This document shows, piece after piece, positions 29,281 through 39,483 of a stretch of 64,000 bases of DNA. The stretch is from NCBI GenBank assembly GCA_023459795.1, contig JAEWSP010000018.1, positions 30,946 through 94,945 on the forward strand, written 5' to 3'. A model generated the notes under the pieces. That model searched no databases and had not been told where the DNA came from. It worked only from the letters and a program-made list of their open reading frames with translations. The position numbers and the translations under genes were made by a program. Each line of letters begins with the position of its first letter. The stretch's first letter is position 1. The DNA is from Bacillota bacterium (lineage in GTDB: Bacteria > Bacillota_I > Bacilli_A > RFN20 > CAG-288).

Positions 29281-30270
29281 CTACTTGTCGAGGGAGAACC
29301 TATAGGTTGCAAAATGTTTGTATTCCTGCCCTGCCTTCAAGAGCAGCCCCTCGAGCGGGAAATTGCACTTCTCCGGTTCGATGGCAAGAGCTCTTCTCTT
29401 CATAAGGCCAAGCCGGTTGTTGAACTCGATTCTCTTCATAGACTGGTCGCAGTAGCAGTTCACGCCTTCATAGTCGGTCAGGATATCCATCTTGAAGCCG
29501 TTGCCGGAGAAGGTAACCTGCGGAACACGGGGATCCATAATATCGAAGGCAAGGAAATGATCGAAGTTGTGGACAAGCGGAATTTCTTTTTCCGTGGCAT
29601 CCATTCTTTCTCCCATTCTCGGGTTGTCATGGAAATCCAGGGCTTTGCAGACCGGAACAATACCGTTTGGAAGTTCCGTTCCTTCCTTGAAGCTGGCCAT
29701 ATTGGAAGCATCGATATGGAGATGATAGTCATTGATATCCAAGGATCCGGCGAAGTTGAAATACATATGGTTGGAGAGATTGACGACGGTATCCTTGTCG
29801 GAAAGAGCACGGAAGGTGATTGTCATCTCTTCCCGGTCCACCGGGAAGAAATAGGAGATCTCTACTTTCAGGTTGCCCGGGAAGCCGTTTTCTCCGTCCT
29901 TCGACTCCTTCATGAAAAAGACAGTCGTACCCTTGCTGTTGGAAACAACCTCGGAATGGAATTTCTGGTAGGTAAGGGAAGTATCGCATCCGCCATGGAG
30001 GCAGATTCCGGGGGCTTCTTCCTTAAGATGGACATCTTCTTCCCCAAGACGGAAAGAGGAAGGGATTCTTCCGGCAACTCTTCCCATAGTCTTTCCGAAG
30101 CACATCGGGCAGGAGAGGTACTCCTCTCTGTCTGCAAGCTCCAGGATCATCGGAACTCCCTTGTAATGAAGGGAATAGACTCCGGCTCCAAGAGTAGAAA
30201 GAGTGGCTTCGACTCCGTCCTTACGGCCGATGGTCAAGAACTCCGACTCCAGCTTGTTTTCCTGTTTCAT
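29281..30270 (-). CDS. aldose 1-epimerase (galactose mutarotase) family protein
   Basis: 329 aa with the LHGG motif and typical mutarotase beta-sandwich length and pattern. Confidence 0.7.
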   Translation of the reverse strand: MKQENKLESEFLTIGRKDGVEATLSTLGAGVYSLHYKGVPMILELADREEYLSCPMCFGKTMGRVAGRIPSSFRLGEEDVHLKEEAPGICLHGGCDTSLTYQKFHSEVVSNSKGTTVFFMKESKDGENGFPGNLKVEISYFFPVDREEMTITFRALSDKDTVVNLSNHMYFNFAGSLDINDYHLHIDASNMASFKEGTELPNGIVPVCKALDFHDNPRMGERMDATEKEIPLVHNFDHFLAFDIMDPRVPQVTFSGNGFKMDILTDYEGVNCYCDQSMKRIEFNNRLGLMKRRALAIEPEKCNFPLEGLLLKAGQEYKHFATYRFSLDK

Positions 30271-30330
30271 ATTGTTTTCCCTTTGAAAAACAAGCGACCC
30301 TTCGGCCGCTTGTTTTGCTGTCTTTCGTTT

Positions 30331-31332
30331 CTACTTGGCTTCCGGAGCAGCCGGTGCAGCAGCCGGAACGGCTGCCTTGAGTTTTCCAGACTTGTAAGCG
30401 GCATAACGGAAGTCCAGATCATCAGCAAAGAAGCTGACGACATGCTTCTGGAATTCTTCCGGCTTTTCACGCATCAGTTTCTGAACGTTTCCGACTTCCT
30501 TGGTCTGTTCAGGAGTCCAGGAAGGAGAAAGGAGAAGCTTGTTGTTGTCGAAGAGATCATCGACAAGGATAATTCCCTGCTTCGGATCCTTGGAGTTGGC
30601 AAAGAAGGCATAACGGGTCTGGTCGACCGGATCATCGTAGCAGAACGTGGAATCGAACTCATCCACCTGACCTTCCTTGTTCTTGAGCTGGATATGGGCC
30701 TTCACCTTGCCGCCAAGAAGCTGGCCGGCAGCGGAGATGGTCTGATAAGACGGAAGGAGACGGGCCTGGAGAAGCTCGTTGATCATATTGATACGGTTGT
30801 GGATTTCCTGGTTGTTTCCGAGGATAAGACGGATATGCTTGCTATCCGGAGTGACGGAGAAGAGATACTGTCCGCCAAAGGAAGTTCCGATGCAGGAAAC
30901 AAAGAAGATCTTGGTGACATAGTCGAAATAACGATAGATTTCGACCATTGTGACAGAACGTCCGATGGAAGAACGAAGCTTGACTTCGACACCGCCGTTC
31001 TCAAGATGGTTCTCGACGAGAACTTCGTACTCGGTTCCTTCTTCGATCGACGGAGGAACAAGCTTGAGGGAAGGCTTGATAGACTTGTTGAATTCAGCAG
31101 TCTTTTCAATAGCCTTGCGAACATCTCCGTCTTCCTTGAACTTTCCATCAAGTCCTAAGTTGAATATACGGAAAACAAGCAGCGGCATATCGGATCCGAG
31201 GACATAGTAGTCAGTAGTTCCATCCTCGAGGGCCTTCTGATAGATAATCTCCATCTTGGCCGGACGGATGAAATTCTTGGCATTGGCATCAGCAACAGCC
31301 TGAATTTGCACTAAGGCTTCTTTGTCTTCCAT
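30331..31332 (-). CDS. hypothetical protein with Ala/Pro-rich C-terminus
   Basis: The start is set at MEDKEALV because AAGGAG lies 9 nt upstream. 333 aa; no motif recognised. Confidence 0.5.
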   Translation of the reverse strand: MEDKEALVQIQAVADANAKNFIRPAKMEIIYQKALEDGTTDYYVLGSDMPLLVFRIFNLGLDGKFKEDGDVRKAIEKTAEFNKSIKPSLKLVPPSIEEGTEYEVLVENHLENGGVEVKLRSSIGRSVTMVEIYRYFDYVTKIFFVSCIGTSFGGQYLFSVTPDSKHIRLILGNNQEIHNRINMINELLQARLLPSYQTISAAGQLLGGKVKAHIQLKNKEGQVDEFDSTFCYDDPVDQTRYAFFANSKDPKQGIILVDDLFDNNKLLLSPSWTPEQTKEVGNVQKLMREKPEEFQKHVVSFFADDLDFRYAAYKSGKLKAAVPAAAPAAPEAK

Positions 31333-31422
31333 AAAATTGTTCTCCTTGATTTGAACGCTAGCACACATTAGCAAAGATTATTATACCGAATTTCGTTCCT
31401 TAAAGCGACAACGTTTTTGGTT

Positions 31423-32127
31423 TCAGCGACTATCTTTGATCTGCCACTGGATCGGATCGAGCTTATTATCGGAAAGGAATTGGTTTGCTCTTTTGAAGCA
31501 ATCGGAGCAGAAGAAGCCCCGATAAGCGCTTAACGGAGAGGGGTGAGCAGTCTTGATTATGCAGGCTTTCTTGCTATGGATCAGAGCTTCCTTCTTCTGA
31601 GCATAAGCACCCCAGAGGAGATAAACGACGGGCTGATCCAGCTTGTCGATAGCCTGAATCACATCATCCGTGAAGTTGGCCCAGCCAAGTTCCGCATGGG
31701 AATTAGGTTCCAATGCCTTTACCGTCAGGGAAGCATTGAGAAGCAGGACTCCCTGCTTTGCCCAAGGCTCCAGGTTGCCGGTCTTCGGAATCGGATATCC
31801 GTATTCATAGAAGAGTTCTTTGTAGATATTCTGCAAAGATTTCGGAAGAGCGACATTGTCGTTGACGGAGAAGGAAAGTCCGTTCGCCTGCCCTTCGTTG
31901 TAATAAGGATCCTGGCCGAGGATTACGGCACGGACATTCTTAGGGGAAGTCTCGCTAAGGGCGTGGAACACAAGATTGTAGGGAGGATAGACCGTCTCTT
32001 TGAGATAACGGTCAGAAACCATATCCACCAGTTTCTGGTAATAGTCCTTGTTCTTCTCGTCTTCAAGAAGCAATTCCCATTCGCCTGGGAAAGTGGTAAG
32101 CGCCTTAACAAGTTCTTCTTTAGTCAT
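31423..32127 (-). CDS. ung: uracil-DNA glycosylase
   Basis: GQDPY water-activating loop and HPSPLS motif. Confidence 0.9.
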   Translation of the reverse strand: MTKEELVKALTTFPGEWELLLEDEKNKDYYQKLVDMVSDRYLKETVYPPYNLVFHALSETSPKNVRAVILGQDPYYNEGQANGLSFSVNDNVALPKSLQNIYKELFYEYGYPIPKTGNLEPWAKQGVLLLNASLTVKALEPNSHAELGWANFTDDVIQAIDKLDQPVVYLLWGAYAQKKEALIHSKKACIIKTAHPSPLSAYRGFFCSDCFKRANQFLSDNKLDPIQWQIKDSR

Positions 32128-32377
32128 GATTATTCTTCCCGGACTCTTTATCCTTCTTCTCCTGCTTCTTGGTCAGGAACATGGAAACACAAAAGAAAAC
32201 CAAGGCAGCGGCAGAAATGCCGATAGCCGCAAAGCAGGCCGGATGCCACTTCGTGATAGCGCCGATACCGATAGAGATGCCAAGCATTACAAGCGCCATT
32301 CCGATCATGATCTTCAAAGTTCTAACATTATTCGACATAGGGATATCCTCCTTGGAAAAGAAAGGAGGCGGAGCCAT
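32120..32377 (-). CDS. small membrane protein
   Basis: 85 aa with 2 TM segments; overlaps the ung start by 8 nt. Confidence 0.45.
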   Translation of the reverse strand: MAPPPFFSKEDIPMSNNVRTLKIMIGMALVMLGISIGIGAITKWHPACFAAIGISAAALVFFCVSMFLTKKQEKKDKESGKNNHD

Positions 32378-32412
32378 CGCTCCGCCTCTTGGACTCAGGA
32401 CTAGAGAGAAGA

Positions 32413-32661
32413 CTACTTCTTATCGTCTTCTTTGTGACTGAACCACTTGGACTGGATGAAATCCAGAGTATCGTCAAGGTTCTCTTCTTCCATAGCCGCA
32501 ATAGCAAACATATAAGACGGCATCGGAAGAGAATCATCAGAATCAAACGTAACCGTATCTCCGTCTTCGGCATTGCCTTTGGTGATGTAATACTTGTTGT
32601 CCGATAAAAGAAGAAGTCTTCCTTCCTTTACCATCAGAACTGTTCCTTTAATCTGTGCCAT
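32413..32661 (-). CDS. hypothetical small acidic protein
   Basis: 82-aa ORF in the same orientation as the downstream genes. Confidence 0.4.
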   Translation of the reverse strand: MAQIKGTVLMVKEGRLLLLSDNKYYITKGNAEDGDTVTFDSDDSLPMPSYMFAIAAMEEENLDDTLDFIQSKWFSHKEDDKK

Positions 32662-32813
32662 AAAACGATCTCCTTTCTGGCTTCGATACCCATATTATAA
32701 TAAATTTAAAGCTAAATGAAAGAGGAACAACATTGGAATGAGTTGGAAATATATAAGGAATGACGTAAAATAAGAACGCATTCTTTAGTTCAGTTTTTTA
32801 ATGGAGATAATTA

Positions 32814-33395
32814 ATGAAATTACTTGCAATTGTTTTCCCAGGCCGACGCTACAGCAGTGATCGTTCGCTGCTCTATTTTCCTTCCAAGGTCATGGAAGCA
32901 AAAGGCTTTGAAATGAAGTATCTCCACTACAACTTCGAAAAAGAGGTGGAGGACAACAGGCCCATCGACCAGGCCATAGAAGAATCCGATGCCTATGCCC
33001 AGAAAGCATTGGCAGGAATCGACTTCAAAAGCTATGACCATATCGTGTTCCTCGGAAAATCCATCGGAACTGCCGTCAGCGGCAGAATTCGGAAAGAACT
33101 GGCCATCGACAACGTCATCGAAATCTACATCACTCCTCTTCCCCAGACCGTCCCGTATTTCCAGCGCCAGGATCTGATCATCGTCGGAGACCAGGATCCT
33201 TATTTCCCGGATCCGAACCCGATCCTCACGAACTATCCGAACAACTACGTCTTCCCGTCCAGCACCCATTCCCTGGAAAACAAGAAAAATTACCACCGTT
33301 CCATCCGCGTCATCGATGATGTCACTTCCATCGTCGACAGATACCTTACCGTCACCCTCAAGCTTCCGGAGGAAGCAGACATCCAAACAAAGTAA
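32814..33395 (+). CDS. alpha/beta-hydrolase-like protein
   Basis: 193 aa with nucleophile-elbow-like GKSIG. Confidence 0.45.
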   Translation: MKLLAIVFPGRRYSSDRSLLYFPSKVMEAKGFEMKYLHYNFEKEVEDNRPIDQAIEESDAYAQKALAGIDFKSYDHIVFLGKSIGTAVSGRIRKELAIDNVIEIYITPLPQTVPYFQRQDLIIVGDQDPYFPDPNPILTNYPNNYVFPSSTHSLENKKNYHRSIRVIDDVTSIVDRYLTVTLKLPEEADIQTK

Positions 33396-33401
33396 ATCAA
33401 A

Positions 33402-34121
33402 ATGGCAGAAAAACAAAAGAAAAAGCCTGCAGTTCCGGTTGCGGAGACCCAGTCCACGCTGGAGATCCAGAAGATCCAGGCTACCGTCAATAGGGACTAC
33501 TATTTCCGCAAGAAGCCGGTTTTCGGCTTCTTCAAACGTTTTTTCGATATCCTGAATTCCTTTATCGCCATCGTGCTTCTTTCCCCGCTCCTCCTTGTTC
33601 TCTCCCTCCTGGTGAAGCTGACCTCCAAAGGCCCTGTCTTCTACAAGCACAGGCGTGTCGGAAAGAACGGAAAGATCTTCGGGATGCTGAAATTCCGTTC
33701 CATGAAGTGGGATCCCCGTCCGATCGAGCAGCAGCTCAATCCGGAACAGCTGAAGCAGTACTACACGGAATTCAAGGTCGACAACGATCCCCGTATCACC
33801 AAGATCGGAAAGTTCCTGAGGAAGACTTCCCTCGACGAGCTTCCGCAGCTCTTTGATATCTTCGCCGGGAAGATGTCCTTCGTCGGTCCCCGTCCGGTCA
33901 CGGAGATCGAGACGGAGAAGTACGGCCTTACCAGGGATATCCTTCTGTCCGTACGTCCCGGACTTACCTCCTACTGGGCAAGTCACGGAAGAAGCAATGT
34001 GGACTACCAGGAACGTGTCAACATGGAGCTTTACTACATCAAGCACCGCTCCCTCTGGATGGATTTCAAGATCATCTGCAAAACTGCCGTCGGCGTATTC
34101 AAAAGAGAAGGCGCCGAATAA
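33402..34121 (+). CDS. polyprenyl-phosphate sugar phosphotransferase (bacterial sugar transferase family)
   Basis: One N-terminal TM segment, then KGPVFYKHRRVGKNGKIF.MLKFRSM and PGLTSYW motifs. Confidence 0.8.
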   Translation: MAEKQKKKPAVPVAETQSTLEIQKIQATVNRDYYFRKKPVFGFFKRFFDILNSFIAIVLLSPLLLVLSLLVKLTSKGPVFYKHRRVGKNGKIFGMLKFRSMKWDPRPIEQQLNPEQLKQYYTEFKVDNDPRITKIGKFLRKTSLDELPQLFDIFAGKMSFVGPRPVTEIETEKYGLTRDILLSVRPGLTSYWASHGRSNVDYQERVNMELYYIKHRSLWMDFKIICKTAVGVFKREGAE

Positions 34122-34133
34122 AGGAGATTATTT

Positions 34134-35627
34134 ATGGAAGAAAACAAAAAAGACGGATCGAAGATCATCGTTATTCAGGACGGAAACGCCAAAGAACTGG
34201 GCCAGGGTCTTACTTTACCCCGTTACGGAAGAGGATTGAAGAAGTATTGGCCGTGGTGGGCAGGCGCCACCGTTCTTATGGGCCTTGTCGGATTCCTCGT
34301 CACGAAACTTGCCATCAATCCGAAAAAGGAGAAGCTTACCGCAACTTTTTCATACGATATTCCGACCATTGCCGAGAAGTCCGATAACGCCAAGGTCTTC
34401 TACTTTGACGGAACTCCTTTTGATTATAGGGATATCATCAGCGCTTCCTCTATCAACGGATTCCTTGCCAAAGATAAGGGGGGAGCGAAGAAGTACACAA
34501 ACCTTTCCACGGATATCATCCTCAAGGACAACACTTTTGCTATCTCCCAGAGTGTGGATGCAAACGGAGCTGCAGTCGTTCCGGCAACTTATACCATCAA
34601 TGCTGGTGTTGCTCCTTTCTCTTCCACGGAACAGGCTTCCTCTTTCACAAGAGATCTTATCGACTACACGGCAGAACTTGCCAAGGCCAAGGTAGAGTCT
34701 TATAAGATTTCGGATTCCACTGGTTCTATCGATTCCAGCACGTCTTTCAAGAAGTCCACTTCCATTCTTTCCACCCAGTACCAGAGAGTCTCCGATGCCT
34801 ATACCTTCCTTCTCTCCAATTTTTCCGAAAGCGCAGCTGTCTCCGACAGCGGGACTACCTTGCAGGAATACCACGATCTGTTCCTCTCGAATTTCAGCAA
34901 CGGATCCGAGAACGAATTTACGAAGCTGAGCCGTGAACTGCTTTCCAAGCATTATGTCAACTTCACGGATTCCACTCTGGATAGCAATCTGGAAGAACTG
35001 AAGAGCCAAGGCAAGACGGATCTTGTCGGCCTTACCCAGATCAACGGAACCATCACCAACCTGAAGACCGTCATCGGTACTTCCGATCGCCCGGACTCTG
35101 CTTCCTATGCAACTTATCTGGAGCAACTGAATACTGCTCTGGAAAGCCAGGAAACCCTGAAGACGGATCTTCTCCAGTTAGGATATGTCTACACCGGGGA
35201 TGCTTCCGACCCGAAGAACTACACGCTTCTGGAGACCACCCAGGAGAATTACGACAAGGGAGTCTTCGGACAGATCCAGCACCTGGAGTGGTACAAAGGC
35301 CACAAGGATACGGACAGCTGGGGCAAGGAAGTGGCAGGTTTCCGGGATGAGATCAGCTCGATGACTGCACAGCTTACCAGTTGGACTTCCTTTACCGCCG
35401 AAAAGACAAAGTATCTCTACCGCAATTCTACAAACGGCGTCCACTACTCCACCTCGAGCGGAATCCTCTCCTCCGGCCATGTCTCTTCCGTCTTGGTTCT
35501 TTTCCTTTCTGCTATCCTAGGTTTTGCCGTTTCTTCCCTCATCACGGGAGAAATCGTTGTTGTTGCTGACAGAAAAGCTAAAAACGAAGAAACGAAGAAA
35601 GAAGATAAACCGGTTTCAGTCCAATAA
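34134..35627 (+). CDS. bitopic envelope protein with PCP/Wzz-like topology
   Basis: 497 aa. One TM segment sits near each end, flanking a Ser/Thr-rich helical ectodomain. It is adjacent to the priming transferase. The assignment rests on topology only. Confidence 0.35.
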   Translation: MEENKKDGSKIIVIQDGNAKELGQGLTLPRYGRGLKKYWPWWAGATVLMGLVGFLVTKLAINPKKEKLTATFSYDIPTIAEKSDNAKVFYFDGTPFDYRDIISASSINGFLAKDKGGAKKYTNLSTDIILKDNTFAISQSVDANGAAVVPATYTINAGVAPFSSTEQASSFTRDLIDYTAELAKAKVESYKISDSTGSIDSSTSFKKSTSILSTQYQRVSDAYTFLLSNFSESAAVSDSGTTLQEYHDLFLSNFSNGSENEFTKLSRELLSKHYVNFTDSTLDSNLEELKSQGKTDLVGLTQINGTITNLKTVIGTSDRPDSASYATYLEQLNTALESQETLKTDLLQLGYVYTGDASDPKNYTLLETTQENYDKGVFGQIQHLEWYKGHKDTDSWGKEVAGFRDEISSMTAQLTSWTSFTAEKTKYLYRNSTNGVHYSTSSGILSSGHVSSVLVLFLSAILGFAVSSLITGEIVVVADRKAKNEETKKEDKPVSVQ

Positions 35628-35740
35628 ACCGCTACTCTTACTAGCCGGGAAGAATGAAAACAATTTACAAGGCCCAAACGGGCCTTGTTTCTTTTATAAT
35701 GTTAGCCGTCAGTAAAAAGCGGATGGAAAGGACAGCATCT

Positions 35741-36340
35741 ATGTATCAAGAACTCCAGAAGGGTTGGATCGAAGTCATTACGGGACCGATGTTTGCAGGC
35801 AAGACGGAAGAACTGATCCGTCGCCTGAAGACTCTCTCCTATACGAAAGACAAGATCCAGGCTTTCAAGCCCGCCATCGACAACCGGTACGACAAGAGCG
35901 ATATTGCTTCCCACAACGGAAACAAGTTCACCTCTTATCCGGTGAAGGATGTCAAGGACCTGGCTTCCAAGATCCTACCGGATACGGAAGTCATCGCTAT
36001 CGACGAGGTACAGTTCTTCGACAACTCCATCGTCGGTCTCTGTGACGAACTTGCTGACAAGGGAATAAGAGTGATTGTCGCCGGACTCGACACGGATTTC
36101 CGTGACGAGCCTTTCGGCCCGATGCCGACGCTTCTGGCAAAGGCCGAGATGGTGACGAAGCTTACGGCTGTCTGCACGATCTGCGGATGCGCAGCAACTA
36201 AGACCCAGCGTATGATCAATGGGAAACCGGCGGATTATTCCGGCAAGGTCGTTCTTGTCGGCGCCAAGGAGTCTTATGAAGCCCGCTGCCGGAAGCACCA
36301 CATCGTTCCCGGAAAGCCTCAGAAAGAATATCTGAAGTAA
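35741..36340 (+). CDS. tdk: thymidine kinase
   Basis: P-loop GPMFAGKTEEL and a C-terminal zinc cluster. The start is set at MYQELQ, downstream of a hairpin terminator at about 35664-35695. Confidence 0.88.
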   Translation: MYQELQKGWIEVITGPMFAGKTEELIRRLKTLSYTKDKIQAFKPAIDNRYDKSDIASHNGNKFTSYPVKDVKDLASKILPDTEVIAIDEVQFFDNSIVGLCDELADKGIRVIVAGLDTDFRDEPFGPMPTLLAKAEMVTKLTAVCTICGCAATKTQRMINGKPADYSGKVVLVGAKESYEARCRKHHIVPGKPQKEYLK

Positions 36341-36352
36341 AGAACCGAATTC

Positions 36353-39307
36353 ATGTTCCGAAAGAAAAAGCAAAACAAAGCAGAAACCATTGAAAAGGCT
36401 CCTGCAGAAGAAGAAAAAAAGACGGAAAAGGTCCTGGCTGCAAAGCCGGAGACTACTGTTTTCCGCAAGAAGGATAAAGGCGAGGAAGTACCGGACTTCG
36501 ATGCCGAAGCCCAGGAACTCCCGCAGCGGAATACGACCGAAGAAAAGAAAATCTCCCTGGATGAAACCCAGGAGATCAAGATGACCTCCAAGGCCACTGA
36601 TTTCCTGAAGAGCGTCGATGAGAAGGAAATGAGGAAGAGGCAGAGAAAGGAATGGTGGCAGTCTGTTTTTGCTGTCTTTACCGGCAGGAAGAACAAGAAG
36701 CCGGCGGAGTCGAAAACCATTCCGGATGATACCATCCGTTTCAACCCCAGTGTCACGGAAGGTCTTTCGGATGACCAGGTCGCCCAGAACGTTGCCTTAG
36801 GCTTAGTCAACCATACGGAAGATACGACCGGAAGAACGTTCCGCCAGATCATCATGGAGAACATCTTCAGCTACTTCAACCTTGTCACAACGGCGATAGC
36901 CGTCATCCTTTTCATCTTCAAGCGTTATACCGAAGCTCTCTTTATGTGGGCGGTCATCGCCAACGTCATCATCGGTATCGTCCAAGGCGTCAAGGCCAAG
37001 AATACCATCGACAAGCTGAAGCTCGTCACTGCCCAGAACGTCAAAGTAGTAAGGTCCGGGAAAACCAAGATCATCCCTGCCGACAAACTGGTCCTGGATG
37101 ATATCTATGTCCTCAACAACGGAGACCAGATTCCGACCGACAGCTTGGTTGAGAACGGCAGCATGGAAGTCAATGAGTCTTTGCTAACAGGCGAATCCCG
37201 CCCGGTCAAGAAGGGCATCTGTGATACCCTCTATGCCGGAAGCTTCGTTGTCTCAGGGTCCGCAATCGTACGGGCATCCTTAGTCGGTCGGTACAACTAT
37301 GCCATGGGCATCCAGGCCCGTGCCAAGGAGTTCAAGAAGCCGCAGTCCGAAATCGTAACCTCCCTAAACAAGATCATCAAAGTCATCGGTATTGCCATTG
37401 TTCCGATAGGCCTTGCCCTTTTCCTGACTCAGTTCTACCTTTCCGGAAGCAACATCAACGGCCTTTCCACAATCGAAAGAGCCTCCAATGCTATCTCCTA
37501 TACGGCAGGATCCGTTGTCGGCATGATTCCGACTGGCATGTATCTTCTTACTTCCGTCGCTCTTTGCACCGGTGTCATTGCCCTCGGCAAGAAGAACACG
37601 CTCGTTCAAGACCTCTACTGCATCGAAATGCTGGCAAGAGTCAATACGCTGTGCCTGGATAAGACCGGCACATTGACGGACGGCACGATGAAGTGCACGG
37701 AAGTGCTCCGTATCGACAAGTCTGCCGACCTTAGCAAGATCGTCGGTTCCTATCTTTCTTCCTTCCGTGACACCAACCAGACCAGTATCGCTTTATCCAA
37801 AGCCTACCCGTTAAGAAGCGATTATCAGGCCCGGGATACGATTCCTTTCTCCTCCCAGAGAAAATACTCCGTGGTTACCTTCTATGATGTCGGCACCTAT
37901 CTCCTCGGCGCTCCGGAATATATCTACAAAGCAAAGGACAGAACCCTTGCGAAATACATCGCCGACAAGCAGACAAGCGGCATGCGTGTCGTCATGCTTG
38001 CCAGAAGCGATACACCGATCGCCAACAATGAAATCACCGGAAAGATTACTCCGGTCGCTATCTTCGTTCTGCAGGACCACGTAAGACCTCAGGCTCCTGA
38101 AACAATTCGCTGGTTTGTCAATAACGGCGTACAGATTAAGATTATTTCCGGAGACAATCCTCTTACTGCAAGCGAGATTGCAAAGAAATGCGGAGTTCCT
38201 CATGCCGAAAAGGCAATCTCCTTGGAAGGACTATCCATCCCGGAAGTCTCGGAACTCGTGAGTCAGTACAGCGTCTTCGGAAGAGTCTCTCCGGAGCAGA
38301 AGGCTGCTATCGTCAAAGAGCTGAAGAAGGAAGGAAGAACGGTCGGAATGACCGGAGACGGAGTTAACGACATCCTTGCCATGAAGAACGCCGATTGTTC
38401 CATTGCTATGGCAAACGGTGCCTCCTCTGCTAGAAACGTCGCCCACCTCGTGCTTCTGGATTCGAACTTCTCCCATATGCCGGATGTCGTCGGCGAAGGC
38501 AGAAGAGTCATCAACAACATCCAGCGAAGCTCGGCAATGTTCCTGATGAAGACTATCTTCACAATCGCCTTCACCATCATTGTTCTTCTTACCTACCTCG
38601 GTCCGGGACACCACGGAATGACTTATCCTTTCCGTACGAACAACATCGCAATCATGGAGATCTGCGGTATCGGAATTCCTTCGACGCTTCTAGCCTTGCA
38701 GAAAAACGATTCCGAGATCAAAGGCCACTTTACGGCAAATATGTTCTCCCGGGCAATCCCTGGTGCCATCTGCCTCCTTCTTGCCATCGGCATCGACTAT
38801 ATCCTCAAAGGCTTCAATGTCCTGGATCTGGATTCCATAGCGTCTCTTGGAGTCTTCAACGGAGCCTCCCTTTCCGGAGAAGCCCTCCTTGCCGCTCAGC
38901 AGGAAAGCTTCACGACTCTCTGTGCACTCAGCATGGCTGTCGTCTCCCTTACCATGGTCTTCAACTGCTGCGTACCGTTCAATTCCTACCGCCTATGCCT
39001 ATACGGAGCCTGCATCGTCCTGGCTTTGATTCTCATCTTTGCTCTTCCCTTCATCCCTGCCATGAGCGATAAGCCGACAAGCCTTTCAGACTCCATCGCC
39101 TGGAATATGTCCATCCAGTTTACAGGCATCGACTTCCGGTATCTGAACAAGACGGGGCTTCTGCTACTAACAATCTATATCGTCGGAGGAGCCGGGCTTC
39201 TCAACTTCCTTATCGATTCCTTCTCCTTCATGCGCGGCGAGAAGCCGAAGAATTCCCTCTATGCTTCTCTCCACGAACTTCCGCAGCATCATCTGAAAGC
39301 CAAGTAG
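36353..39307 (+). CDS. cation-transporting P-type ATPase (P2/P3-like) with ~150-aa Lys/Glu-rich N-terminal extension
   Basis: 984 aa with TGES, DKTGTLT and TGDGVNDILAMKNADCSIAM motifs and 10 predicted TM segments. Confidence 0.85.
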   Translation: MFRKKKQNKAETIEKAPAEEEKKTEKVLAAKPETTVFRKKDKGEEVPDFDAEAQELPQRNTTEEKKISLDETQEIKMTSKATDFLKSVDEKEMRKRQRKEWWQSVFAVFTGRKNKKPAESKTIPDDTIRFNPSVTEGLSDDQVAQNVALGLVNHTEDTTGRTFRQIIMENIFSYFNLVTTAIAVILFIFKRYTEALFMWAVIANVIIGIVQGVKAKNTIDKLKLVTAQNVKVVRSGKTKIIPADKLVLDDIYVLNNGDQIPTDSLVENGSMEVNESLLTGESRPVKKGICDTLYAGSFVVSGSAIVRASLVGRYNYAMGIQARAKEFKKPQSEIVTSLNKIIKVIGIAIVPIGLALFLTQFYLSGSNINGLSTIERASNAISYTAGSVVGMIPTGMYLLTSVALCTGVIALGKKNTLVQDLYCIEMLARVNTLCLDKTGTLTDGTMKCTEVLRIDKSADLSKIVGSYLSSFRDTNQTSIALSKAYPLRSDYQARDTIPFSSQRKYSVVTFYDVGTYLLGAPEYIYKAKDRTLAKYIADKQTSGMRVVMLARSDTPIANNEITGKITPVAIFVLQDHVRPQAPETIRWFVNNGVQIKIISGDNPLTASEIAKKCGVPHAEKAISLEGLSIPEVSELVSQYSVFGRVSPEQKAAIVKELKKEGRTVGMTGDGVNDILAMKNADCSIAMANGASSARNVAHLVLLDSNFSHMPDVVGEGRRVINNIQRSSAMFLMKTIFTIAFTIIVLLTYLGPGHHGMTYPFRTNNIAIMEICGIGIPSTLLALQKNDSEIKGHFTANMFSRAIPGAICLLLAIGIDYILKGFNVLDLDSIASLGVFNGASLSGEALLAAQQESFTTLCALSMAVVSLTMVFNCCVPFNSYRLCLYGACIVLALILIFALPFIPAMSDKPTSLSDSIAWNMSIQFTGIDFRYLNKTGLLLLTIYIVGGAGLLNFLIDSFSFMRGEKPKNSLYASLHELPQHHLKAK

Positions 39308-39430
39308 AAAAAGAATGGAAGCCCTCCGGAGGACTTCCATTTTTCTTTTGCCTGTTTTCATAGAAGAAAAGAATCGGACAGGAATTCCGCATCAGGATGC
39401 TATATCTACTCTTTAATTTTTTTATTTCTA

Positions 39431-39459
39431 TTGCAAACAATTTTTTCAAGTAATATAAT
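39431..39459 (+). promoter_or_regulatory. sigma-A-type promoter of the tRNA gene
   Basis: TTGCAA (39431-39436), a 17-nt spacer, and TATAAT (39454-39459). Confidence 0.6.
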
Positions 39460-39483
39460 TAACAAGCTACAAGTTAGCGAGCT

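Noticed and set aside
29314-31158. 614-aa plus-strand ORF
   Set aside because: It is antisense to two minus-strand genes, one with clear aldose-epimerase motifs. It has no motifs of its own. It is a typical long shadow ORF.
32820-34046. 408-aa minus-strand ORF
   Set aside because: It is antisense to the alpha/beta-hydrolase-like gene and to the sugar transferase, which has strong family motifs. It is a shadow ORF.
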